DNA from: Holophagales bacterium
GTDB lineage: Bacteria > Acidobacteriota > Thermoanaerobaculia > Multivoradales > JAGPDF01
Assembly: GCA_016699405.1 (NCBI GenBank)
Contig: CP064972.1
Span: 3,786,466 to 3,850,465 of the forward strand
Direction of reading: 5' to 3'
Length of the DNA stretch: 64,000 bases
Shown in pieces: positions 42,242 to 52,216 of this stretch (its first letter is position 1; every line of letters begins with the position of its first letter). Position numbers and translations under genes: made by a program. The notes under the pieces were generated by a model. It searched no databases. It worked only from the letters and a program-made list of their open reading frames with translations, and was not told the DNA's origin.

Positions 42242-43258
42242 ATGGCGACACGGAACGACGACGCGCTCCTCACCCCGTCCGCGGGCTCCGCACCCGGAGA
42301 GCTCGATCCGGACATCCGCCGTTTCGTCGCCGAGATGAGCGTCGCCTGGGGCCGTCATCCCGACCTGTCGACCGTCTCTCCCGACGAAGCCCGCCGCATC
42401 GCCGAGCAGGTCCGCGCGCCGTGGACGCGCGGCGGCCCCGAGATGGCCCTGATCCTCGACTACCGCGTCCCCGTCGCCGACCGGACGGTCCGCGTCCGCA
42501 GCTACCACCCGACGGTCCAGGACGACGCTCCGGCGCTGATCTACCTCCACGGCGGCGGCTGGACGCTCTTCAGTCTCGACACGCACGACCGGCTGATGCG
42601 CGAGCTCGCCCGGCGCGCCCGGACGGTCGTTCTCGGCGTCGAGTATTCGCTCGCTCCGGAGGCGAAGTACCCGGTCGCGCTCGACGAGGTCTGCGCCGTC
42701 GTCGAGCACGCCTCGACGCACGCCGGCGAGCTCGGCATCGACCCGCGACGCCTCGCCATCGGCGGCGACTCGGCGGGCGGCAACCTGGCGATCGCCACCT
42801 GTCTCGCCGAGCGCGACCGCGGGAGGGGCGATCGGATCGCGGCGCTCGTGCTGATCTACGCCGTGCTCGATCGCCACTCCTCCGCCGAGGCCCGAGAGCG
42901 GCTCGGCGGTCCCGGCCAAATGCTCGGCGCCGGCGAGATGGAGCAGTTCTGGGCCAACTACCTGCGCGACGACGAGGACGCGACCGCACCGCTGCTCTCG
43001 CCGGCGCGCGCCGACCTGCGCCACCTGCCGCCGACGCTCCTGGTCATCCCGGAGCTCGACCTGCTCGCCGAGCAGAGCCTGGCGACAGCCGAGCGGCTCC
43101 GGGAAGCCGGCGTCGCCACCGAAGCCCGCCTCTACCGGGGCGCCTGCCACTCGTTCCTCGAAGCGGTGTCGATCGCTCCGCTCGCCGATCGCGCCCTCGG
43201 CGATATCGCCGAGTGGCTCCGTTCCGCCCTGTCGCCGGGCCGCTCGGCCGAGGACTGA
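42242..43258 (+). CDS. alpha/beta hydrolase fold-3 esterase/lipase (HSL-like)
   Basis: HGGGW oxyanion motif and GDSAGG nucleophile elbow. Confidence 0.85.
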   Translation: MATRNDDALLTPSAGSAPGELDPDIRRFVAEMSVAWGRHPDLSTVSPDEARRIAEQVRAPWTRGGPEMALILDYRVPVADRTVRVRSYHPTVQDDAPALIYLHGGGWTLFSLDTHDRLMRELARRARTVVLGVEYSLAPEAKYPVALDEVCAVVEHASTHAGELGIDPRRLAIGGDSAGGNLAIATCLAERDRGRGDRIAALVLIYAVLDRHSSAEARERLGGPGQMLGAGEMEQFWANYLRDDEDATAPLLSPARADLRHLPPTLLVIPELDLLAEQSLATAERLREAGVATEARLYRGACHSFLEAVSIAPLADRALGDIAEWLRSALSPGRSAED

Positions 43259-43339
43259 TCGGCTCGGCGAGGCTGCGACGTCGCGCCCTCGCTCGTGCAC
43301 TCCGCCGTCGCTCCGCTCCGTCTGCCAAGGAGGCCGCCC

Positions 43340-44782
43340 ATGCCCTTCCCGTCGCGCGTTGCCCGGCTCGTCGTCGCGGCGCTCGCCTTCGTCGTTCTCG
43401 GACCGGCTCGCGCTCAGACGACCGCCGCGTCGCCCCCGGCTCCCGAGGTCGGCCGCAAGCTGATCGAGATCTACCGCGTCGCGCCGGGGCAGCATGAGGC
43501 GTTCCTGCGCGCCATCGCGCTCTTCGACGAAGCCAATCGCCGCGCCGGCGTCCCGCCGCGCCAGCTCTACGTCCACAGCGACGGCGCGAGCTGGGATTTC
43601 CTGCTCGTTCAGGATGCGGACTACCCCGAAGGCAAGGGCGCCCTCGTGGGCCAGGCGTTCCGCGAGATGCAACTACCGGGCGGGCCGCGCTTCTTTACCG
43701 AGTTCCGCAAGCTCCTGCTCGAGCACACCGATACGTTCGCCGCCGGTCCGACGACGGCCGCCGCCTGGCTCGCCACGCTCGACGCCGCACCGCGCAGCCG
43801 ACCGCTCGACGGAGCCTCCGCGGGCAGCTTGCGCACCTACGCCCTGCGGGACACGCTCGCGCTCGGCGGAGCTCCGCGCTGGGACGACCTGACCGTCGAC
43901 GACGGAGCGCGCCGCCTCTACCTCGCCCACGACACGGCGGTGGAGGTGGTGGACCTCGGCACGCGCCGGGTGGTCGGCCGCGTGGATGGGCTCGCCGGTG
44001 CGCACGGCATCGCGCTCGCACCCGAGCTCGGGCGGGGCTTCGTCGCGAGCGGCGACCAGGGCACGGTGGTCGCTTTCGACCTCGCCACCCTGCAGCGCAC
44101 CCACCAGACGAAGGTCGGCGGGGAGCCGGATGCGATCACCTTCGAACCGACGACTCGCCGCCTGGCGGTGTGGAACGGCGGGACCAGCGCGGTCGCGGTC
44201 CTCGACGCCGTGTCGCTGCGCGAGCTGGTCGTCGTTCCACTCGGCGCGACGCCCGAGCTCGCGGTGGCCGACGGCGCGGGGGCGCTCTTCGTCCATCTGG
44301 GAGATCCGGCGGAGATCGCACGCCTCGACGTCGCCGCAGCGGCTCCGCGGATCGGTGCGCGCTTCGCGCTGCCCGGCTGCGAGTCGCCGCGCGGGTTGGC
44401 GTTCGACCCGCAGGCTCGTCGCCTGTTCAGCGCCTGCGGCAACGGACGACTGCTCGTCGTCGACGCAACGAGCGGCCGCATCCTCGACTCCGGAGCGATC
44501 GGTCGCGGGGTCGACGCGGTGGTCTTCGACGCGCCGCATGCGCGCGTTCTCGCCGCCAGCCCAGAGGGTTCGGTGACGATCTTCGCGGTCTCTCCCGGCG
44601 GCGCGCTCGGAGCGCCACGGGAGGTGCAGACACGGGCCACCGCCCGCACGCTGGCGCTCGACCCGCGCGACGGTGCGCTCTGGCTGCCGGCCGCCGATCT
44701 CGAGCTCGACTGGAGCGCGCGCCGCGCTGCCTTCGCGGCCGACGGACTGAAGCTCTACGTCTTCGAGCCGGTGGCCGAATGA
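43340..44782 (+). CDS. secreted YVTN-type beta-propeller repeat protein
   Basis: ATG after AAGGAGG. Signal peptide; repeated ...RLxV/A...G..V.V.D blades. Confidence 0.6.
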   Translation: MPFPSRVARLVVAALAFVVLGPARAQTTAASPPAPEVGRKLIEIYRVAPGQHEAFLRAIALFDEANRRAGVPPRQLYVHSDGASWDFLLVQDADYPEGKGALVGQAFREMQLPGGPRFFTEFRKLLLEHTDTFAAGPTTAAAWLATLDAAPRSRPLDGASAGSLRTYALRDTLALGGAPRWDDLTVDDGARRLYLAHDTAVEVVDLGTRRVVGRVDGLAGAHGIALAPELGRGFVASGDQGTVVAFDLATLQRTHQTKVGGEPDAITFEPTTRRLAVWNGGTSAVAVLDAVSLRELVVVPLGATPELAVADGAGALFVHLGDPAEIARLDVAAAAPRIGARFALPGCESPRGLAFDPQARRLFSACGNGRLLVVDATSGRILDSGAIGRGVDAVVFDAPHARVLAASPEGSVTIFAVSPGGALGAPREVQTRATARTLALDPRDGALWLPAADLELDWSARRAAFAADGLKLYVFEPVAE

Positions 44783-44874
44783 CCCGACGTGCGGCCACCG
44801 CACCCACGGGCCGAGATATCTTGCGAACCGAACGGGACGACCTGCCGGCCCGAGGAGCGAAAGGGGCGACGACG

Positions 44875-46686
44875 ATGAGAGACCGAACCGCGTGGATCGC
44901 AGCCTGGCTGGCCGGTGCGCTGCTCGCGACGGCGGCACCCGTTGCGGCGACGGGCGCTCCCGGCTCGGCCGCCGCTGCCGCTCCGCAGTCGCTGGCTCCG
45001 CTCCCCTTCGACCACATCCTGCGCTACGACGAGATGACCGCCTTGCTGCGAAGTTGGGCGGCGGCGCGTCCCGACCTGGTCGAGCTCGAGAGCCTCGGCC
45101 GCACGCCGGAAGGGCGCGAGATGTGGTTCGTCACCCTGACGCGCCACTCGACCGGCCCGGCGAACGCGAAGCCGGCGCTGCTCGTCGACGGCAACACGCA
45201 CGCCACGGAATGGGCCGGCGGCGTGGCGGCGCTGCACTTCGTGCATCGCCTGCTCACCGGCGATCCGATCGACGAACGCGTGCGCCGCCTGCTCGACCGG
45301 CACACCGTCTACGTGCTGCCGCGCCTCACGCCGGACGGCGTCGAGCAGACGTTGCGCGAAGGACGCTTCATCCGCTCGGTCGGTCGCCCCGACCCCGGGG
45401 CGATGGGAGCGCCGGGGATCTCGATGCGCGACGTCGACGGCGACGGCCGGGTGGTGTTCATGCGTCTGCGCGATCCGAACGGTCCGTGGAAGCTCTACCC
45501 GGGCGATTCGCGCCTCCTCGTCGCCCGCGGGCCGGAAGATGCCGGCGGCGACGCCTGGCGCGTCCTGCCCGAAGGGATGATCGAGGGCTACGACGGCGTG
45601 ACGATCCCCGACGCGCCGAACCTCGAGCCGCTCGACCTCGGCATGAACTTCCCCGGCGACCGCGGCAACGGCCCGCAGCGCCCGTCCGCCGGTCCGTATC
45701 CGGGATCCGAGCCGGAGATCGCCGCCTACATCCGCGCCGTGGCGGCGCGGCCGAACATCGTCGTCCACGTGACCTGCCACACCTTCGGCGGCCTGGTGCT
45801 CACCCCACCGGTCAACACCACGGAGGCGATGGCCACCTCGGACCGCCGCGTCTATCGCGCCCTCGCCGGCCACGCCGCCGAGCTGACCGGCTACACGGCG
45901 ATGTCGTACCTCGAGCTGCGCGGCGAGGACAGCGCCGCTTATATCCCGAGCGCCTTCGGCTGGCTCTGGGACCAGCTCGGCATCTACTCGTTCATCACCG
46001 AGTTCTGGAACCCGCTGCGCGCCGCCGGGATCTCGCTCGAGAAGACCACCGCGTCGGCCTGGCTCTGGGGGTTCCACCCGATCGAGGACGAGGTGAAGCT
46101 GCTCGCCTGGAACGATCGCGAGCTCGGCGGCAAGGGGTTCGTGCCGTGGCACACCGTCGAGCATCCGCAGCTCGGAAGAGTCGAGATCGGCGGCTGGGAC
46201 AAGGTGCGCTATTGGTACAACGTCCCGTTCGAGCGTCTCGAAAAGGAAGTCGCGCCGCACAGCGAGTGGCTGATCTACGAGGCGCTGGCCCTGCCGCGGA
46301 TCGAGGTGCGCAGCTTCACGGCGGAGGCGATTGCCCCGGGGACCTGGCGCGTGCGGCTCGCGCTGGAGAACGCCGGCTGGCTGCCGACCCACGGATCGCA
46401 GCAGGCGCTCGATCGCCAAGCGGTCGGTGCCGTGACCGCCGAGCTCACGCTGCCCGCCGGTGCCTCGCTCCTCGAAGGCACCGCCAAGCGCAGCGTCGGC
46501 CAGCTCGCCGGCCGCAGCGAGCAGCGCTCGACGGCCACCTGGTGGGGCTATTCACCCGGCACGCCCGACCGCGCGCTGGTCGAATGGCTCGTCGCCGCAC
46601 CAGCGGGCACGACGCTCGCGGTCGTCGCCCGGCACGATCGCGCCGGCACGGCGAAGGCGGAGCTCCGCCTGACCGCTTCGCCGTAG
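44875..46686 (+). CDS. M14-family zinc carboxypeptidase (secreted)
   Basis: Signal peptide. HATEWAG zinc-binding motif (HxxE), second His region VHVTCHTFGG, catalytic Glu region SFITEFW. Confidence 0.85.
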   Translation: MRDRTAWIAAWLAGALLATAAPVAATGAPGSAAAAAPQSLAPLPFDHILRYDEMTALLRSWAAARPDLVELESLGRTPEGREMWFVTLTRHSTGPANAKPALLVDGNTHATEWAGGVAALHFVHRLLTGDPIDERVRRLLDRHTVYVLPRLTPDGVEQTLREGRFIRSVGRPDPGAMGAPGISMRDVDGDGRVVFMRLRDPNGPWKLYPGDSRLLVARGPEDAGGDAWRVLPEGMIEGYDGVTIPDAPNLEPLDLGMNFPGDRGNGPQRPSAGPYPGSEPEIAAYIRAVAARPNIVVHVTCHTFGGLVLTPPVNTTEAMATSDRRVYRALAGHAAELTGYTAMSYLELRGEDSAAYIPSAFGWLWDQLGIYSFITEFWNPLRAAGISLEKTTASAWLWGFHPIEDEVKLLAWNDRELGGKGFVPWHTVEHPQLGRVEIGGWDKVRYWYNVPFERLEKEVAPHSEWLIYEALALPRIEVRSFTAEAIAPGTWRVRLALENAGWLPTHGSQQALDRQAVGAVTAELTLPAGASLLEGTAKRSVGQLAGRSEQRSTATWWGYSPGTPDRALVEWLVAAPAGTTLAVVARHDRAGTAKAELRLTASP

Positions 46687-46740
46687 CGTCGGACGGCGCG
46701 GCGCGGACCGCTCCCCCACCCGCGGGCACGACGCCAGCCT

Positions 46741-48072
46741 TCACGGCGAGGTGGCCGACCACGACGTCCGACGGCCGGACTCGAACCCGTCGGCGAAAGC
46801 GTAGGCGTTCGTCAGCCGCGCCACCCCGGGATAGCCGTCGTCGGTGTGACCGCCGAGAACGGGGAGACCGTCGCGCGAAAGGAAGATCGAGGTGCCGACA
46901 TTGTCCGACGCGGTGCTCGGGAAGCTCACCACCTTGAAGCCGTGACTCACCAGAAGGATCGGATTGAACGCCGGGTCGAGCGCCCCGTCGCGATCGAGGC
47001 GGATGACCAGGGCGTCATGGTCCCCTGGACCGAGCAGGCGCATGCCGCCGAGGAGGACCTTGCCGTCTCCCTGTGAAGTGACGGCGAGCACCCGGGCGTC
47101 GTTGCCGATGTCGAGCCTCGACACGCCGTCACCGTTCCAACTCGCGTCGAGAACGAGAATGCTGCCGATCCCCTGCTGGCGGAGCACGGCGGCGACCGGA
47201 GCGTCCACTCCCGCCAGCGTGTCGGTGATCGCCACGGCCAGGCGTCCGTCGCCCATTCGTGCCGCCCGGTAGGCGATCGCGGTGTCCGCCTCGCCCGGTC
47301 GGGGGTCGATGACCACGGTGTTGCGCAGCACGCCCGTCGGCGAGAGCTGGGTGACGACGGCGACCTGCCCGGCGACCGCGTCGGTCGCCCACCCCACGAC
47401 CGCGAGGTCCGAATTCCCCAACACGGCGCCACCGGCCGCCACGTCAGCTCCGGCGTAGTTGGAGAGCCAGAGGCCGTCACTGTCGAAGAAGGGGTCGAGG
47501 TTGCCGGCATCGGTCAGCCGGGCCACCGCCGAGTCGGGCCCTTGCTCGCCCAACGCGTAGAGACCGCTGCCCGTCAGGGCGAAGCTGCTGACGCCGAAAT
47601 GGTCGAGCGGCGAACCGACGAGGAAGGCCCAGCCATCCACCGAGAAGCTGGTGTCGAGCGTGCAGGCCGGATAGTCGAAGCGCACGAAGAACCCGGGGAG
47701 GAAGTCGGGATAGAGCGTGCTGTTGATCAGGCCGGCGATCACCAGTCGCCCGCTGGCATCGAACGCAATCTGGTCGACGATGGCGATCGCGCCGAACCCG
47801 GCGGGAGCGGTCACAGAGCAGGGAGCGCTCCACGTCGTGTCGTTCGTGGCCTGCCAGAGCAACCCGACGCCGAGGCCCTGGGCATAGACCAGCCGGTCGT
47901 CCGGAGCGAGCGCCCAGGCGGCCGCGCCGGCAGCGCCCGGATCCCCGTTCGTGGTGTAGGTGTGGCCACTTCCGTGGAAGGACGAGTCGAACTGCCCGTC
48001 CACCGCGGCGAGCGGAACGGCGGCAAGGGCCAGGAAGAGGAAGGTTCGGCAAAGGGCTCTCGAGGGGGTCAT
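46741..48072 (-). CDS. hypothetical secreted repeat protein (delta-60/beta-propeller-like)
   Basis: Signal peptide MTPSRALCRTFLFLALAAVPLAA. Gly/Asp-rich repeats. Coherent 443-aa ORF. Confidence 0.5.
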   Translation of the reverse strand: MTPSRALCRTFLFLALAAVPLAAVDGQFDSSFHGSGHTYTTNGDPGAAGAAAWALAPDDRLVYAQGLGVGLLWQATNDTTWSAPCSVTAPAGFGAIAIVDQIAFDASGRLVIAGLINSTLYPDFLPGFFVRFDYPACTLDTSFSVDGWAFLVGSPLDHFGVSSFALTGSGLYALGEQGPDSAVARLTDAGNLDPFFDSDGLWLSNYAGADVAAGGAVLGNSDLAVVGWATDAVAGQVAVVTQLSPTGVLRNTVVIDPRPGEADTAIAYRAARMGDGRLAVAITDTLAGVDAPVAAVLRQQGIGSILVLDASWNGDGVSRLDIGNDARVLAVTSQGDGKVLLGGMRLLGPGDHDALVIRLDRDGALDPAFNPILLVSHGFKVVSFPSTASDNVGTSIFLSRDGLPVLGGHTDDGYPGVARLTNAYAFADGFESGRRTSWSATSP

Positions 48073-48159
48073 CGGCGCTCTCGGTCAGGGGTCGTCTACT
48101 ATCGACTCGCGCCGACCGGAGACGACAGGGGACAGGGAGCGCGGCAAGAGCCGCGAACC

Positions 48160-48380
48160 GGCGGATCGGGCGAGCGCGGAGCGACGCGGGCGAGGAATCC
48201 GCCTTGCCGAGCCAGAGCAGATCGAAGGTCAGCACGCGGTACGAGCCGGCCAAGGCCTGTGCCTCGCGCTGCCCGGTGGCGCGGGAGAACGGAAAGCCGT
48301 GGACGAAGACCACCCAGGGCCGCTCTCCCGTGCCGAAGACCTCGCAGGCCAGCCTCACCCCGTCGACCTGCAGTTGAATC
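48160..48380 (-). pseudogene. N-terminal remnant of an alpha/beta hydrolase paralogous to gene 26365-27165
   Basis: Minus-strand translation IQLQVDGVRLACEVFGTGERPWVVFVHGFPFSRATGQREAQALAGSYRVLTFDL aligns with MKLQVNGIDLAYDVHGSAGRPWVVMIHGFPFTRATWSAQAAALGGEFRVLTWDL of the intact gene. The initiator is ATT instead of ATG, and homology is lost after ~55 aa. Confidence 0.5.
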
Positions 48381-48397
48381 TTCCCCGCGACCTCCGC

Positions 48398-49663
48398 CTA
48401 CTTCGGGTTCGCGGCATCGAGCCAGGGAACGCTCTCTCCTTCGAGCACTCGCAGCTCCTGCCGGTCGGCGTCGATCTCCACTTCGCCGCCGAGCGGGAGC
48501 GTCGCGTTCCACGACACGTGTCCGAGCGGGAAGCCGTAAAGCACCGGAATCCCCGCGTTCTCGAAGTACTGGCGCAGGACGCCCTCGACGGTGTAGCGCG
48601 GATCGGGCCGGCGCGTCTCGTCCTCGCGGTCGTAGTTGCGGGTGAACTGACCGAGCACCGCTCCCCGGAGCTCGGCGAGCTTGCCCGCGAGTTGGAGCTG
48701 GCGCAGCATCCGGTCGACCCGGTACGGCGCTTCGCGCACGTCTTCGACGAGCAGGATCGCGCCGCGGGTGTCGATCGCGTAGGGCGTACCCTCGAGCGCC
48801 GAGATGAGCGACAGGTTGCCGCCGGTCAGGCGTCCCCGCGCCCGCCCCTTGCCCCAGGCACCGAGCGGCTGGAGCTTCGTTGCGCCGCTGCCGCTTTCGG
48901 TCGACTGGACGGCGGGCTTGGTCGCCGTGGCGGCCGCCGCGTCGCTGACCGGAATGCCGACCGGAATGCCGGCCGGACCGCCGGCCGCCGCCGCGGTCGG
49001 CACGGCGCTCGCCGCTGCGGCCGGCTCGAACGTCGTGGGGACCTCGAGCCGATACGGCCCCACGCCGGCCTGCTGCTCGATGGCGCGGAAGAACCAGCGC
49101 TCGGAGAAGGGGGTGAGGCCGTCCGGGCTCCCCAGCCCCCACATCGGATTCGGGCTGTGGAACGTCACCACCCCGGCGCGGCGGTTGATCGCGGCATGCA
49201 GTCCGGTGATGTCGCTGAAACCGATGAGCAGCTTCGGGTGGTTGCGGATGAGCGCATAGTCGAGCTTGTCGAGGATGCGCATCGTGCCGTAGCCGCCGGT
49301 GCCCGGGAAGATCGCGTCGACCTCGGGGTCGGCGAACCACTGCATCAGCTCGGCGGCGCGGCGCTCGTCGCTGCCGGCGAGATAGCCCTCCTGGGAGAAG
49401 AGGTCGTCGCGCTGCACGACCTTGTAGCCGCGCGCCTCGAGCCGCTGCCGCGCCAGTGCCATGCGCTCGCGGTCGAGATCCCCGGCCGGGGCGACGAAGG
49501 CGATCGTGTCGCCGGGGACGAGCTTCTTCGGCCAGAGCATCTGCCGCCGGGCGCCGCCGTCGCGCCCCGTCGCCGGCGCGGCGGCGTGACACCCCGCGCC
49601 GAACGCCGCGATCACCGAACAGGCGAGGGCCGCCCGGACCACCGAGTTGTGCTTCGCGACCAT
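48398..49663 (-). CDS. LD-carboxypeptidase (S66 peptidase, LdcA/MccF-like), lipoprotein
   Basis: Start at MVAKHN... (plus cat 49661-49663, SD GGGGAGGA). Lipobox AFGAGC. S66 motifs GFSDITGLH and C-terminal GFPLGH. Confidence 0.85.
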   Translation of the reverse strand: MVAKHNSVVRAALACSVIAAFGAGCHAAAPATGRDGGARRQMLWPKKLVPGDTIAFVAPAGDLDRERMALARQRLEARGYKVVQRDDLFSQEGYLAGSDERRAAELMQWFADPEVDAIFPGTGGYGTMRILDKLDYALIRNHPKLLIGFSDITGLHAAINRRAGVVTFHSPNPMWGLGSPDGLTPFSERWFFRAIEQQAGVGPYRLEVPTTFEPAAAASAVPTAAAAGGPAGIPVGIPVSDAAAATATKPAVQSTESGSGATKLQPLGAWGKGRARGRLTGGNLSLISALEGTPYAIDTRGAILLVEDVREAPYRVDRMLRQLQLAGKLAELRGAVLGQFTRNYDREDETRRPDPRYTVEGVLRQYFENAGIPVLYGFPLGHVSWNATLPLGGEVEIDADRQELRVLEGESVPWLDAANPK

Positions 49664-49682
49664 CGCCCGTCCTCCCCTGGCT

Positions 49683-50750
49683 CTACTCTGCCTCCCACTG
49701 CACGCCCAGCCCCGGACCCGGCGCGGTCGACAGCATCCCGTCGCGCAGCACGAAGCCGCCCGCGACAGCGTCGCACGCGAGGTCGAGACTTCCATCGAGA
49801 TCGAGAAAGCGCGTCGCCGGCGCGGCGAGCGCGGAATGCAGCGCGGCGGCGATGGCGACGCGGCTCTCGTCCATGCAGCCCCACATCAGCCCGATGCCCA
49901 CCGCTTCGGCGACCTCGGCCAGGCGGCGCGACGCCGAGATCCCACCGCACTTCATCAGCTTGATGTTGAAGATGCCGAACGGTCGCGGCGGGACGAGCAG
50001 CGCCGCGACGTCGTCTGGACCGTGCAGGCTCTCGTCGGCGGCCAGGCAGGCTCGTTCGGCGTCGTCGAGCGTCGAGAGCTCGCCTTCCCGTCCGCGCGGC
50101 AGCGGCTGCTCGCAGAGCTCGAGGTCGAGGGCGCGCGTCCCGTCGAAGTAGCGCCGCAGCGCCGCGAGGTCGTAGCCGGTGTTGGCGTCGGTGCGAATCG
50201 CGATCCCCGCCCCGACGACCTCCCGCAATCGCACCAGCCGTTCGATGTCGGCCTCGACGTCGTGCCCGAGCTTGATCTTCAGGGCGCGGAAGCCGCGGGC
50301 CAGATGCTCCCGCGCCTCGTCGAGCGCCTCCTCGACGCCCTGGATGCCGATGGTGACGGAGGTGGGCAGACGGTGATGCGCCCGGCCGAGCAGCTCGACC
50401 ACGCTCACCCCGAGCCGGCGACCGAGAAGATCCCACAGCGCCATGTCGCAGGCGGCGCGCGCCGCGGGAGCCGCCGGCAGCTCGCGCTCCAAGAGGCGCG
50501 CCAGGGTGCCGACCTCTCCGGGATCGCGCCCGGTGAGCAGCTCGGCCGCACGCTCGAGCGCTTCGGCACAGCTCGCCGCCGTCTCGCCGGTGACGCCGAT
50601 TCCGGGCGAGGCGTTGCCCAGGCCGATCTCGCCGCCGGCGTGCACTCGCACGAAGAGCAGCTCGACCTCGGCGATGGTGCGCCGCGCGATGGTGTAGGCC
50701 CGCGTCAGCGGCAGCCGCTCACGCCGCACCTCGAGGCGGTCGATCCTCAT
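49683..50750 (-). CDS. enolase-superfamily dipeptide epimerase (L-Ala-D/L-Glu epimerase-like)
   Basis: MR/MLE-type motifs: KIKLG, metal ligands in IRTDANTGY / LCEQPL / LMKCGG regions. Start ATG at 50750, 4-bp overlap with upstream DUF1611 gene. Confidence 0.8.
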   Translation of the reverse strand: MRIDRLEVRRERLPLTRAYTIARRTIAEVELLFVRVHAGGEIGLGNASPGIGVTGETAASCAEALERAAELLTGRDPGEVGTLARLLERELPAAPAARAACDMALWDLLGRRLGVSVVELLGRAHHRLPTSVTIGIQGVEEALDEAREHLARGFRALKIKLGHDVEADIERLVRLREVVGAGIAIRTDANTGYDLAALRRYFDGTRALDLELCEQPLPRGREGELSTLDDAERACLAADESLHGPDDVAALLVPPRPFGIFNIKLMKCGGISASRRLAEVAEAVGIGLMWGCMDESRVAIAAALHSALAAPATRFLDLDGSLDLACDAVAGGFVLRDGMLSTAPGPGLGVQWEAE

Positions 50751-51838
50751 CCGACCGTCCTGCCGTCGCGGCCCGCCAGAGCGGCGCGGGCGAAGCGGGA
50801 GAGCGCCGGCACGAGCGGCTCGCCGCCGTCGACGAGCGGTCGTGAGACCGGAATGGCCAGCTCCGCCTCGATCCTCTCGGCGTGGCGCGCGAGCGCCGCG
50901 TCGTCGAGGCCCTCGCCGTTCAGGGCGATCCCGAGCACGCTCGCCCCGTACTGCGCGATGAGTGCCACCTCGCTGGCGAGGGTCGGAATCCGCGCTCCCG
51001 TCGGCTCGAGCCCCTCGAACAGCTCGCGCCCCGGCGCGTGGACGAGCACGACGCCGCGCGCCCCGCTCGACAGGATCAGCTCGGCCCCGCACGGGCCACT
51101 CGGATTGCGCAACGCCGACTGGCCTTCGATGAGGATGAGATCAGGAGAGGCCTCGCGAGCGCAGGCGAGAACCGCCCGCTCGAGCTCCCCGGCGACGAAG
51201 TCGTTCGGCGTCGCGTCGAGCACGAAGCCGTAGCGGTAGCCCTGCAGCCAGCCGGTCTGACCGGTGGTCACGAGCTCCGTGCGCACGCCCTGTCGGCGCA
51301 GCGCGCCGGCGAGGAAAGTCGCCGTCGTCCGCTTCCCCAGGGCGCAGTCGGTGCCGAGCACGGCGACCCGGGCGACGGCGAGGCCGAGCACTTCGCCGGT
51401 CCAGAAGCGCAGCTCCTCGAAGCGCTTCGGCCGTCGCACGTCGACGATCGTCGCCTCGCCGTCGACCGCCGCCGCGGCGGCGACCGGATCGTCGTCGAGC
51501 AGTTGGTGGAGTCCGTTGACCACGCCGATGCCGCGGCGCAGGGCGGCGATGGCGAGCTCGCGGGCCTCCGCCGGCATCCGCCCACCCTGCGCGGTGACGC
51601 CGACGACCAGCCAGTCGGGGGCGCGCCCGAGCGCGGCGACCGCACCGTCGAGCGAGTCGAAGACCGGGATGCCGCGAGCGCGGCCGTCGACCACTTCGCC
51701 GGCGTCGCGCCCGGCGAAGGCCGGGTCGATCACCCCGAGAATCTCCCAGCGCGACGGGCCGCGAATGAGCCCGTGGGCGCTCTTGCCGTGGATGTCGCCG
51801 AGATGGCCGGCGGTGATGAGAATCGCAGTGTCGGGCAT
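50747..51838 (-). CDS. DUF1611-domain protein (frequent partner of dipeptide epimerases)
   Basis: Start MPDTAILITAGHLGD... (plus cat 51836-51838). Operonic with epimerase and LD-carboxypeptidase. Confidence 0.7.
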   Translation of the reverse strand: MPDTAILITAGHLGDIHGKSAHGLIRGPSRWEILGVIDPAFAGRDAGEVVDGRARGIPVFDSLDGAVAALGRAPDWLVVGVTAQGGRMPAEARELAIAALRRGIGVVNGLHQLLDDDPVAAAAAVDGEATIVDVRRPKRFEELRFWTGEVLGLAVARVAVLGTDCALGKRTTATFLAGALRRQGVRTELVTTGQTGWLQGYRYGFVLDATPNDFVAGELERAVLACAREASPDLILIEGQSALRNPSGPCGAELILSSGARGVVLVHAPGRELFEGLEPTGARIPTLASEVALIAQYGASVLGIALNGEGLDDAALARHAERIEAELAIPVSRPLVDGGEPLVPALSRFARAALAGRDGRTVG

Positions 51839-52216
51839 CGCGCCGCATGCTAACGCGGTGTCCGGAGGTTGGAGCGATCCTCCGCCCATTTCTCGTCGCG
51901 CGGTCCGCCCGCGCCCACTCGCCGCCCCGAGCGTGCTTGAACGACGCTCTCGCCCTTCCAAGAGTCGCGCGAGAGGCGGGCGGTTCGCATCTTCACCGGT
52001 TGCCGGCTCGCCAGAGGCCCACTAGCCCGCATTTCTCACCCCGCTCCTGCTGCGGCGTCGCATCTGGCCGCGTCTGCAGCGTTGCGCTCGGTCGGCCGGC
52101 TCGACGTACTGCCCAGTACGCCTGCGCCGGCCTCGGTCGCGGCGCCTTGCAGCCACAGCCATCTGCGCCGCCTCGCGACGGAACGGGGTGAGAAATCCGG
52201 GCTAGAGTCGGCGGCG

